From positions 1 through 56,684 of the forward strand of contig WFOC01000084.1 in assembly GCA_015488295.1 (NCBI GenBank): DNA of 56,684 nt, read 5' to 3'. Positions 27,990 through 36,981 of the stretch are shown here, one piece after another. Position 1 is the stretch's first letter; each line of letters opens with the position of its first letter. Origin of the DNA: Gammaproteobacteria bacterium. Lineage in GTDB: Bacteria; Pseudomonadota; Gammaproteobacteria; SZUA-229. The notes beneath the pieces are model-generated. The model did not search any database, was not told where the DNA came from, and saw only the letters and a program-made list of their open reading frames with translations. Position numbers and translations under genes: made by a program.

Positions 27990-29048
27990 TTGCAGGAAAC
28001 ACTTTTGTTTAATCCATCTGTCACCGCTAACAAAAACAACAAAGCCATTGCCATCTGGCTACTGATCTGCTGCGCGACTATTTTCGGCATGATTATTCTG
28101 GGCGGCATCACCCGATTAACCGGCTCCGGCCTGTCCATGGTGGAATGGGCACCGATCATGGGCATTCTGCCACCGCTTAATGACCAGGAGTGGCAGCAAG
28201 CCTTTCTGCTCTACCAGCAGTTTCCTGAATACCAGATAAAAAATTTCCACATGTCGGTGCATGATTTCAAATCCATCTTCTGGTTTGAATACGGTCACCG
28301 CCTGCTCGGCCGCTCCATCGGCATCATCTTCCTGCTGCCTTTCCTGTTCTTTCTGTTCAAGGGAAAAATCGAAAAAACACTGACACCAAAACTGATCACC
28401 ATGTTTGTGCTCGGCGGTCTGCAGGGCCTGATGGGCTGGTACATGGTCAAGAGCGGCCTGGTCAACGACCCACGTGTCAGCCAGTATCGTTTAACCGCAC
28501 ACCTCGGCCTGGCCGTGGTGATCTACGCCTATATGCTCTGGGTTGCACTTGTCCTGCTGTATCCAAAAATAAATGAAACCGCGCAGGATTCTGTGCGAAA
28601 ACTTGGCAAGCAGTCGCTGTTCATCACCGGCCTCATTATCATCACCATTCTCAGCGGCGGTTTTGTCGCCGGCACCCACGCAGGTTTTGCCTTCAACACC
28701 TTCCCATTGATGCACGGAAAATTAATTCCCGACGGCCTGTTTGAACTAACGCCACTATGGAAAAACTTTTTTGAAAATATTGTCACCGTACAGTTTGACC
28801 ACCGGGTACTGGCAACATTATTATTTATCGTCATTCCGCTTTTCTGGTTCAAAGCCAGGAAGCTGACATTACATCCGCTGGCCCGCACAGGGTGTCACCT
28901 GTTGCTTGCCGCACTGCTATTACAGATTACGCTTGGTATCAGCACCCTGCTGCTGGTAGTGCCTGTTGCCCTCGGCGCAGCACATCAGGCAGGAGCCATT
29001 GTGCTACTGACCGCAGCATTGTTTGTTAACCAGCAATTACATCGCTAA
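27990..29048 (+). CDS. ctaA: Haem A synthase (COX15/CtaA family)
   Basis: 8-TM-like with EYGHRLLGR, QFDHRVLA and AAHQAGA motifs. TTG start; the exact start is uncertain. Confidence 0.85.
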   Translation: MQETLLFNPSVTANKNNKAIAIWLLICCATIFGMIILGGITRLTGSGLSMVEWAPIMGILPPLNDQEWQQAFLLYQQFPEYQIKNFHMSVHDFKSIFWFEYGHRLLGRSIGIIFLLPFLFFLFKGKIEKTLTPKLITMFVLGGLQGLMGWYMVKSGLVNDPRVSQYRLTAHLGLAVVIYAYMLWVALVLLYPKINETAQDSVRKLGKQSLFITGLIIITILSGGFVAGTHAGFAFNTFPLMHGKLIPDGLFELTPLWKNFFENIVTVQFDHRVLATLLFIVIPLFWFKARKLTLHPLARTGCHLLLAALLLQITLGISTLLLVVPVALGAAHQAGAIVLLTAALFVNQQLHR

Positions 29049-29096
29049 GCCCCCGGCTCAGCATCCCATTAAAATATTTTAACGAGCATTTATAAA

Positions 29097-29612
29097 ATGA
29101 AAAATTCTCTAAGAAAACCTGTTCTGGCCGCTTTTCTGGCAGTGCTAACCATATTACCCGGCAGCGTTTTTGCACTACAGGCCTCCGACAACACCAGCAT
29201 CTTCGAGGGCTATTATGCCCGTGTCGGTAACAACGGCAGTCCATCAAGAACACTGCACCACAACGTCTACATGAAACTATATGCCAGGGACGGAAAACAG
29301 TGGGTCGCACTTTTGCACATCCCGCTGCCTTACGCTTCCACCATTGATGAAGATGCCGTGATTCCGAAAATTTTTGAAAAGATAGGCAAGCAGTTGCACT
29401 CCAGCTCATTTGTTCGCGATACCTTTGGTTATCTCGATGAAAAAGCCACAGTGCAATTCGAACATTTCGGTTATATGCAGGATAAAATTATTTTCGAATG
29501 CGGCTCACTGTCGCCCTGCACCATCATGCCGGCAGACGGTTACCTGGAGCTGGTAAAACCGGGAATGATTAACGAGCACATCATCAAATACGATCACATC
29601 GTTAACAAATAA
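29097..29612 (+). CDS. Exported 171-aa protein, unknown function
   Basis: Signal peptide MKNSLRKPVLAAFLAVLTILPGSVFA. No recognisable motif. Confidence 0.55.
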   Translation: MKNSLRKPVLAAFLAVLTILPGSVFALQASDNTSIFEGYYARVGNNGSPSRTLHHNVYMKLYARDGKQWVALLHIPLPYASTIDEDAVIPKIFEKIGKQLHSSSFVRDTFGYLDEKATVQFEHFGYMQDKIIFECGSLSPCTIMPADGYLELVKPGMINEHIIKYDHIVNK

Positions 29613-29645
29613 ATCACCGTTAAATTTTCCCGGGGAACCTGACTC

Positions 29646-30287
29646 ATGACCAGCAAAAAATTACCGATAGGCACGATTGTTATATTCAGTTTTTTTCTGC
29701 TGACAATGGCAGCGGCTTATTTTCTGACCAAGCCACCCGAGCGACCGCCTGAACTTGAAGGCATCATGCGCCCCGACTTCCGCCTGCTGCACCCGTTCAA
29801 ACTCACTGACCAGAACAATCAGGTTTTCGACGAAAAAAGATTACTGGATAAGTGGAGCTTCGTATTTTTTGGTTACACTTCCTGCCCCGACGTATGCCCG
29901 GCAACGCTTTATGTGCTGAGTTCCATTCATGGTTTATTGACCGATGAAAATGGCAAGGCACCCGACGACATGCAGGTGGTCTTTATCTCAGTCGACCCGG
30001 CGCGTGACACCCCGGAAAAACTCGCCAACTACGTCAGCTATTTCAACAGGGATTTTATTGGCGTGACTGCAGATAAAGAAGAAATCGACAAACTGAGTCG
30101 ACAGTTTGGTGCCGGCTATATCCTCGAAGATAAAAAGGCAGACGGTAGCTATAACGTGGCGCACACCAGTGCGATCTTTTTGATTGATCCCTACGGTCGA
30201 CTGGTTGCCACTTTTTCACAGCCGCACCAGGCACCGACCATTACTTCACAGTATAAAAAAATACGGAAATATTTTTCCTGGGATTAA
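29646..30287 (+). CDS. SCO1/SenC-family copper chaperone, copy 2
   Basis: GYTSCPDVCP motif, N-terminal anchor, ...HTSAIFLIDP. Confidence 0.85.
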   Translation: MTSKKLPIGTIVIFSFFLLTMAAAYFLTKPPERPPELEGIMRPDFRLLHPFKLTDQNNQVFDEKRLLDKWSFVFFGYTSCPDVCPATLYVLSSIHGLLTDENGKAPDDMQVVFISVDPARDTPEKLANYVSYFNRDFIGVTADKEEIDKLSRQFGAGYILEDKKADGSYNVAHTSAIFLIDPYGRLVATFSQPHQAPTITSQYKKIRKYFSWD

Positions 30288-30535
30288 GTATCAGAAGCAG
30301 AGTCTGAGTTAGTATTTTTTCGCTTGTCCACTTTTTTCCAGGCACCAACAGCCCAGATAAAATAAGACAGTATCATCACAATATTGATGATGCCACCAAC
30401 CACATAAAAGTTGATGGTGAGATCTTTGACCTCGGCCTCGGGTGCCGACACTGGCTGCTCTGTGTAGGTGACTTGCGATTGATTCGTTGCTGATTCTTTC
30501 ATAGTTGATAGAAAAACTTTTAAAAAGTTGGCCAC
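30284..30535 (-). CDS. Possible small single-TM protein
   Basis: 83-aa ORF with one hydrophobic segment (FYVVGGIINIVMILSYFIWAVGAW). No clear RBS. Confidence 0.35.
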   Translation of the reverse strand: MANFLKVFLSTMKESATNQSQVTYTEQPVSAPEAEVKDLTINFYVVGGIINIVMILSYFIWAVGAWKKVDKRKNTNSDSASDT

Positions 30536-30587
30536 ATCTCGGGCAGTACATCGCCTGGCACCTTACTCTGAGTTTGGCCATAAGACA

Positions 30588-30601
30588 ATGACACAGGTCA
30601 T
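30588..30601. promoter_or_regulatory. Degenerate FNR/DNR-like palindrome aTGACacagGTCAt
   Basis: Perfect dyad TGAC-N4-GTCA about 125 nt upstream of the 30722 ATG. A weaker consensus match than the other boxes. Confidence 0.35.
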
Positions 30602-30721
30602 TATAACCAGTAAATTAGAAGATGCATTCAGCTATGAATGGCTTTAAAATGCCGCCAGTAAAATAACTTTACCGGCCCACTATTTCAACTTACCAATTGA
30701 ATTCCCTGACGACATAAAATT

Positions 30722-32098
30722 ATGCTGCCTAACCAATTCGCCATGCTGACCCAGCAGTTCACCCTGCCCGTACCCGATGAATCGGCCAAACGAATGTCTG
30801 CTGGCTGGCTGCTTCTCAGCCTCTCTGCACTGGTCATCGGCGGCCTGTTCACCATTCTGGTGGTGCTTTCGCGCACCCCTTTTTTTCAGGAAATCATACC
30901 CTGGGTTGATTTTTTTCACACCGCGCTGGTCGTGCATGTCGACCTCACCGTACTGGTCTGGTTTGTCGCTTTTTCCGGCGTTTTATGGAGTTACAACAGC
31001 GCCGGAAAATGCCTGCGCTGCGGATGGCTTGCACTGTTTCTGGCCTGCGCCGGTACGCTGATCATCAGCATCTCGCCATTTACCGGCGAGAGTCACCCTC
31101 TGATGAGCAACTATGTTCCGGTCTTGCAAAGCAACACTTTCTTCACTGGTCTGGGACTGTTCGGACTCGGCTTTGCCCTGCTGGTGCTGCGCATGCTGAT
31201 GACCACACTGGCAGAAAAAAACAACAGCGGCGGTGACGTTTTACGCTTCGGCATGTTTATTGCTGTGGTCGCCTCTTTCTTTGCGCTTGCCGCACTGGCG
31301 ATGTCTTACCTTGGCCTGGATAAAAACTTTACCGGCGAAGCCTATTACGACCGCCTGTTCTGGGGCAGTGGCCACATCCTGCAGTTCAACCACACCCAGC
31401 TAATGCTGGTCGCCTGGCTATGGCTGGCCACCGTCAGCGGTGCCTATTTGCGACTGACACCACGCGTGGTACTGATTTTATTTATTCTCGGGCTATCACC
31501 GGTATTGATGGTACCGCTTATTTATATTCTGTTTGATGTCAGCTCCGGCGACCACATGCTCTGGTTTATGCTGATGATGAAATATGGTGGCGCACTGGCC
31601 GCTGTCCCCATCGGTCTGGCAACCACACTGGCTATTTTCGAAAGATGGAAACCAACCCCCGGCTTTGAAATTGAACGCAGCGCACTGATATTTTCCATTC
31701 TGCTGTTCGGTGTTGGCGGCATCATCGGTTTTATGATCAGCGGCAGTGACGTGCGGGTAACCGCGCACTACCACGGCTCCATCGTCGGCGTAACCCTGGC
31801 ATTCATGGGCATGACCTATCACCTGCTGCCGCATCTGGGGTTTCGAAAAATCACCAGCCGCGCCGCCCGCTGGCAACCGGGCATCTACGGCACCGGTCAG
31901 CTGATGCACATCATCGGACTGGCCTGGTCAGGCGGCTATGGCGTACAGCGAAAAACCGCCGGCGCGGATCAGGGACTGGAACAGATCGAACAAATCGCCG
32001 GCATGGGCCTGATGGGACTGGGCGGTTTAATTTCCATCATCGGCGGCATTATTTTTCTGGTGGTAGTTTACAAGGCGATCCGACCGGAAAAAGATTAA
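30722..32098 (+). CDS. Orphan compact haem-copper-oxidase-superfamily-like membrane protein with an altered CuB site
   Basis: FWGSGHILQF (Phe where the cross-link Tyr sits), SSGDHMLWF (Asp-His where His-His is expected), VTAHYHGS (HxH of helix X), upstream FFHTALVVHVD. Confidence 0.6.
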   Translation: MLPNQFAMLTQQFTLPVPDESAKRMSAGWLLLSLSALVIGGLFTILVVLSRTPFFQEIIPWVDFFHTALVVHVDLTVLVWFVAFSGVLWSYNSAGKCLRCGWLALFLACAGTLIISISPFTGESHPLMSNYVPVLQSNTFFTGLGLFGLGFALLVLRMLMTTLAEKNNSGGDVLRFGMFIAVVASFFALAALAMSYLGLDKNFTGEAYYDRLFWGSGHILQFNHTQLMLVAWLWLATVSGAYLRLTPRVVLILFILGLSPVLMVPLIYILFDVSSGDHMLWFMLMMKYGGALAAVPIGLATTLAIFERWKPTPGFEIERSALIFSILLFGVGGIIGFMISGSDVRVTAHYHGSIVGVTLAFMGMTYHLLPHLGFRKITSRAARWQPGIYGTGQLMHIIGLAWSGGYGVQRKTAGADQGLEQIEQIAGMGLMGLGGLISIIGGIIFLVVVYKAIRPEKD

Positions 32099-32125
32099 CC
32101 CTGACATCTATGCTATATATGTATC

Positions 32126-33268
32126 GTGATATTAAACCTCAAATACATCTATGGCATTATCTTCATCAGCTTGTCCGCATGGGTTGTCTACGCCTATGTC
32201 ACAACCACTGAGATTATTCAAAGCCAGAAAAATTACGCGCATATCATCAATATCAGCGGTAAGCAGCGCATGCTGTCTCAAAAGACAACGCTTATCGCAA
32301 AACGCTATTACGAAACCGGCGACCCCGAACTAAAAAAACACCTCATCGAACTGTACTGGTTGATGAAAAAAGACCATCAGGAAATCGTTAACACACATCT
32401 GGTCTCGGAAGACATTAAAGCGGTTTATCGTCAGTCACCCGACAACCTCAATGAAAAAGTTGAAAGCTATCTGGAATTGCTTGCCGATTTCATTGAGAAC
32501 AAAGACCCTGAAATACTGAAGCAGATCGAAAAAGCCTCGTTTGAACTTTTGCCGCAAATAAACAAAACCGTTTATATGTTCGAAAACGAAAGCAACAAAA
32601 AAACACAGGCTCTGATGGACCGGGAGTTTTTTATACTGGTTGGCACACTGCTAACGCTGATCATTGAAGCCGCAATCATCGTTATCCCCGCCATCAGAAT
32701 TGCCTCACGTAAAGACTCTGAACTACGCCGCCTGATCGAGGAACGCACTTACGAACTGGAAAAGCTTTCTGTCACCGACCAGCTAACCAAACTCTATAAC
32801 CGGCGCAAGATCGACGACATACTGGCCACTGAAGTAGAACAGGCCAGACGCTACAATAATTCATTCAGCCTGATTCTTATCGACATCGATCACTTTAAAA
32901 AAGTCAACGACCGTTACGGACATCTGGTGGGTGACCGGATTTTACAGGCACTATCAAGACTGTTTTCTTCCAACATACGCAAGACCGATATAGTTGGCCG
33001 CTGGGGTGGAGAGGAGTTTCTGATTATCAGCATGGAAAAAGACATTACAAAAGTTTTAATCTTTGTTGAAAAACTTCGCACCCTGGTCGACGAACACCAT
33101 TTCAAAACTGTCGGCAATATAACCTGCAGCTTCGGCGTTTCTCACTTCAAGCAGGGCGACAGTATCGACACCTTGCTTCAACGCGCCGATGTTGCTCTGT
33201 ACGAAGCAAAAAAAGCCGGCAGAAACTGCGTAAAAATCGAAAAGAGCAAACACCTGTTTCCAGTTTGA
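32126..33268 (+). CDS. Diguanylate cyclase (GGDEF) with a periplasmic PilJ/NarX-P-box-like sensor region
   Basis: NISGKQRMLSQKT between two TM segments. RWGGEEFLI active-site motif. GTG start. Confidence 0.85.
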   Translation: MILNLKYIYGIIFISLSAWVVYAYVTTTEIIQSQKNYAHIINISGKQRMLSQKTTLIAKRYYETGDPELKKHLIELYWLMKKDHQEIVNTHLVSEDIKAVYRQSPDNLNEKVESYLELLADFIENKDPEILKQIEKASFELLPQINKTVYMFENESNKKTQALMDREFFILVGTLLTLIIEAAIIVIPAIRIASRKDSELRRLIEERTYELEKLSVTDQLTKLYNRRKIDDILATEVEQARRYNNSFSLILIDIDHFKKVNDRYGHLVGDRILQALSRLFSSNIRKTDIVGRWGGEEFLIISMEKDITKVLIFVEKLRTLVDEHHFKTVGNITCSFGVSHFKQGDSIDTLLQRADVALYEAKKAGRNCVKIEKSKHLFPV

Positions 33269-33277
33269 AGCGGTGGC

Positions 33278-34795
33278 TTATTGCAGCACTTTTTGCTGGC
33301 GTTTATTGGCAACACCGATGCGACTAACTTTCGCTTTTTTGTTCAGCAGCAACGCCAGCGATGCTTTTTCTCTGGTGCGCGAATAATCTTTCTGCATGAT
33401 TTCAAATAACGCAGACTCGGTAAAATCACCGCGCTGTTTCAAAATATCAAAGATCAGAACAAACAGGCGTTGCAGCGAAATTTTCCAGGTGCTGCCAGCA
33501 CGCTGGTATAACGCATCACTCAGCCGCATAAAGTTTTCAAAAGGCTCGCTGCTTAAAATCAACGGCAGGGTATGTTTGAAACGCCCGGCGTTTGCGATCA
33601 TATCCCAGTAACGTGCAAAACGGTTAACTCGCTGCATAGTCAGAAAATCAATATCACGGGTACTCAAAATATTGTACGGTGCTTCCGGGTTGTAACACAG
33701 CTGATATTCTTCGTTATAACGATTCAGCGGTACACCACGCAGACGTTTTAAAATTCCCAGTTGAATTTCATGCGGCTTCAGCGCCACCAGCTGATCAAAA
33801 CTTTTTGCGAAGTTTTCCAGGGTATCCGAAGGCAGGCCGAAAATCAGGTCAGCATGAATATAGGCCTGCGTGCTTTCACGTAACCAGCGCAGGTTATCAC
33901 AGGTTTTTACGTTATTCTGCTTGCGGCTGATCAGCGCCTGAATTTTTTCATCGAAAGTTTGCACACCTGCTTCGAACTGCAATGTATGATGCGGGAATTT
34001 CTGAATGACAGCTTTCAAGCGGTCATGCAGGTTGTCCGGCACCACTTCAAAATGCAGATACAGATCATCCGTCATTCTTTCCAGAAAAAATTCCAGGATG
34101 GCGATACTGCTGCTGACCTTTAGATTAAAGGTGCGGTCGATGAATTTAAAATTACGCGCGCCGCGTTGATATAGTTTATCCATCTCATCGAGGAACACGC
34201 TTAATTCAAAAGGCTTCGATATTTTGTCCAGCGAAGACAAGCAGAACTCACATTTGAACGGACAGCCACGTGAGGCTTCAACATAAATCAAACGATTTTT
34301 TATATCATCGTCACTGTAATACTGGTATGGCAGCTTTAACTGGTCCAGCGGCAGCTCGTCACTCTGTATCTCTTTGAGCAGGGGTTTGTTGCCGGACAGG
34401 ATCAGCGTACACAGTTCACGAAAACTTTTTTCCGCCGCACCCATCACCACGTAATCAGCAAGCTCAACCACCGCCGGTTTGTCCGGCAGAAAACTCACTT
34501 CCGGACCACCGAGCACAATAATAATTTCCGGTGCAATCTGCTTTAACAGTTCGACCGTTTTGGTCACTTCGGCAACATTCCAGATATAAACGCCAAAACC
34601 GATAATCTTCGGCTGCTGCCTGAGCAGCTTCTCGGCAATATCGATGGCACGGTTCTGAATCGTAAATTCTTCGATGCTGGCCGACGCTTGCAGCTCACCC
34701 AGATTGGCGTACAGATAGCGCAGACCAAATGCGGTGTGCATGTAGCGTGAATTTAGTGCGGTTAATACAATCTGGTGTTGGGATGCCTTTTGCAT
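33278..34795 (-). CDS. B12-binding-domain radical SAM protein (DUF4080-type C-terminus)
   Basis: N-terminal B12-binding-like region and the ASRGCPFKCEFC radical-SAM motif. Confidence 0.85.
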   Translation of the reverse strand: MQKASQHQIVLTALNSRYMHTAFGLRYLYANLGELQASASIEEFTIQNRAIDIAEKLLRQQPKIIGFGVYIWNVAEVTKTVELLKQIAPEIIIVLGGPEVSFLPDKPAVVELADYVVMGAAEKSFRELCTLILSGNKPLLKEIQSDELPLDQLKLPYQYYSDDDIKNRLIYVEASRGCPFKCEFCLSSLDKISKPFELSVFLDEMDKLYQRGARNFKFIDRTFNLKVSSSIAILEFFLERMTDDLYLHFEVVPDNLHDRLKAVIQKFPHHTLQFEAGVQTFDEKIQALISRKQNNVKTCDNLRWLRESTQAYIHADLIFGLPSDTLENFAKSFDQLVALKPHEIQLGILKRLRGVPLNRYNEEYQLCYNPEAPYNILSTRDIDFLTMQRVNRFARYWDMIANAGRFKHTLPLILSSEPFENFMRLSDALYQRAGSTWKISLQRLFVLIFDILKQRGDFTESALFEIMQKDYSRTREKASLALLLNKKAKVSRIGVANKRQQKVLQ

Positions 34796-34852
34796 AGACA
34801 GCCATTATAACAGCGTTAATGAGGCGTTTTTGTAGCATCTAATATCAGCTAG

Positions 34853-34904
34853 CTGCCAGGAAGAGAAGCTGGCAGTTTGCAGTCGGCAGTTATCAGTTAA
34901 AAAC
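34853..34904. repeat. 52-nt intergenic repeat, copy A (50/52 identical to 54593-54644)
   Basis: ctgccaggaagagaagctggcagtttgcagtcggcagttatcagttaaaaac. Confidence 0.85.
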
Positions 34905-35020
34905 CAAAGAAGTAGGTCGGGCACTGCCCGACAGAATAGTGCTTATCTGCTCAGAGAAACGCTGGGCAATGCCCCCTATAACTTATTTTTCTCGCAGAGT
35001 TCGCAAAGAAAAAGCATATT

Positions 35021-35124
35021 ATCCACAGATGAACGCAGATAAACACGGATAAAAGCATTTCTTATTAGCTTCGCCGTAGGCGAAAGCTAAAAACATCTGT
35101 GTTTATCTGCGTTCATCTGTGGAT
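35021..35124. repeat. Nested palindromic element: perfect 26-bp inverted repeat around a 52-nt spacer with an inner hairpin
   Basis: atccacagatgaacgcagataaacac ... gtgtttatctgcgttcatctgtggat. Inner hairpin ttagcttcgcc/ggcgaaagctaa. Confidence 0.85.
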
Positions 35125-35187
35125 AAAAAAACTTTTCTATAACTTTACACAGTACAAGCTCTCTGCAAACAGCAGGGAAATAAACAA

Positions 35188-36042
35188 CTAAACAATAAAC
35201 TTGCCCTTCTCACGCAGGTGATTTTCCATCAGCTCGATCTCGCGCGCACCGGAATAATAAATATCCGAATCAACCGTGTAATCCAGGCTCATGTTGCGGC
35301 CATCATAGTCCACCTTGTTCAAAATACTTTTTACTGCGTTGACATGGGCGCGGTGTTTTTCGTTGCTGCGAATGATCGCCCACGGGCTGGTATGCGTATG
35401 CGTCTGCTTCAGCATCTGGTATTTCATCTCGGTAAATTCATCCCATTTTTCCTGCATCTGCACATCAATTTCTGACAGCTTCCATTTTTTCAGCTGATTG
35501 GATTCTCTTTCGGCAAAACGTTTTGCCTGCACATCTTTTGAAACTGAAAAATAAATCTTGTGAAAAATAATGCCGTGTTCAACCAGATCATCTTCGAACT
35601 GCGACACGGTTTTCATAAAGGTGCTGTACTGCTTCTGCGTACAGAAATCAAAAATCGGCTCGACCATGGCACGGTTATACCAGCTGCGGTCAAACAGCAC
35701 GATCTCGCCGCCGCGCGGAAACTGCTCGACATAACGCTGGAAATACCACTGGCTCTGCTGCACGTTGGACGGTTTACCCAGCGCCACCACGCGGTAATGT
35801 TTTTCGTTCATATAACGCGTGATACGACGAATGCTGCCGCCCTTGCCCGCCGCATCCCGACCTTCGATCAGAATGATCATCTTCTGCTGCTGACGCTCCA
35901 GATGTTCCTGTAACTTGATCAGCTCCGCCTGATAAGGTCGAAGATATATATCATCAAGATAACGAATATAGCGTTTGTATATCAGCTGCCTGAATTCTTC
36001 ATCGCCCTGTTCGAGTTTTTCTAAAAATGCCTGGTATTCCAT
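35188..36042 (-). CDS. ppk2: Polyphosphate kinase 2 family (polyP:nucleotide phosphotransferase)
   Basis: IILIEGRDAAGKGGSIRRI Walker-A-like motif and FDRSWYNR. The ATG at 36042 with an agga RBS is preferred over the TTG at 36066. Confidence 0.85.
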   Translation of the reverse strand: MEYQAFLEKLEQGDEEFRQLIYKRYIRYLDDIYLRPYQAELIKLQEHLERQQQKMIILIEGRDAAGKGGSIRRITRYMNEKHYRVVALGKPSNVQQSQWYFQRYVEQFPRGGEIVLFDRSWYNRAMVEPIFDFCTQKQYSTFMKTVSQFEDDLVEHGIIFHKIYFSVSKDVQAKRFAERESNQLKKWKLSEIDVQMQEKWDEFTEMKYQMLKQTHTHTSPWAIIRSNEKHRAHVNAVKSILNKVDYDGRNMSLDYTVDSDIYYSGAREIELMENHLREKGKFIV

Positions 36043-36236
36043 CGCTGATCCTGTCGGTTTAATCAATCTTGCTCGAACTTATTATCGCAGTTAAATGTGA
36101 CGAATTTACTGATATGGCGCAAATTCAGCACTATTCGTGGATATAAGTGGCATTTTATTTGATTTCATCCGCTGAAAACAGGAAAATACGCCGCTGAATT
36201 TTTGATAATCATTTTAACCATTTCTGAGGAAACCCC

Positions 36237-36878
36237 ATGAAATTAATTCTTTTAGGCGCACCGGGCGCTGGTAAAGGTACTGTTGCAAAATTACTGACTA
36301 AACTGGACGGTTCTGTTCAGATCTCTACTGGCGATATCCTGCGTGGCGCGGTTGCTGCCGGCACCGAGCTGGGCAAGCAGGCCGAAGCGGCAATGAAAGC
36401 GGGCGACCTGGTTTCCGATGACCTGATCATGGGCATCATGGAAGAACGTCTGAAAGAAGACGACTGCAAGGCCGGTTACCTGCTAGACGGTTTCCCTCGC
36501 ACTATTCCACAGGCTGAAGCACTGAAAGTCCTGCTCGACAAAATGGGTGAGAAACTGGACTGCGCGGTTGAAATCGACGTGCCTCGTGAAGTTATTCTGG
36601 ATCGCCTGACCACACGTCGCACCTGTACTGGCTGCGGTGAGATCTACAACGTTAAATCCAACCCACCTAAAGTTGAAGGCGTTTGCGACAAATGTGGCGA
36701 GCCTGTTGTACAGCGTGACGACGAAACAGAAGAAGCCATCAGCAACCGCCTGAATGTTTACAACGAGCAGACTGCGCCGCTGGTTGGTTTCTACAAGGAA
36801 GAAGGCCTGCTGCTTTCTGTTAAAGCAACATCTTCTGATGCTGTGATCGACGCAATCAAGGAAAAAATCGGTAAATAA
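36237..36878 (+). CDS. adk: Adenylate kinase (long form with a Cys4 lid)
   Basis: MKLILLGAPGAGKGT, and lid CTGCGEIYN...CDKCG. Confidence 0.95.
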   Translation: MKLILLGAPGAGKGTVAKLLTKLDGSVQISTGDILRGAVAAGTELGKQAEAAMKAGDLVSDDLIMGIMEERLKEDDCKAGYLLDGFPRTIPQAEALKVLLDKMGEKLDCAVEIDVPREVILDRLTTRRTCTGCGEIYNVKSNPPKVEGVCDKCGEPVVQRDDETEEAISNRLNVYNEQTAPLVGFYKEEGLLLSVKATSSDAVIDAIKEKIGK

Positions 36879-36921
36879 ACTGCTTTGCCGGCGACACCTC
36901 AAGCAGGGTGTCGTTTAATGC

Positions 36922-36957
36922 AAAAAGCCCGGATGTAAAAACATCCGGGCTTTTTTG
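36922..36957. terminator. Bidirectional intrinsic terminator between adk and cbbR
   Basis: aaaaagcccggatg-taaaaa-catccgggctttttt. A weaker hairpin, cgacacc/ggtgtcg, lies at 36892-36913. Confidence 0.75.
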
Positions 36958-36981
36958 TTTGCCGCAGCCAGCCGCGTAATA

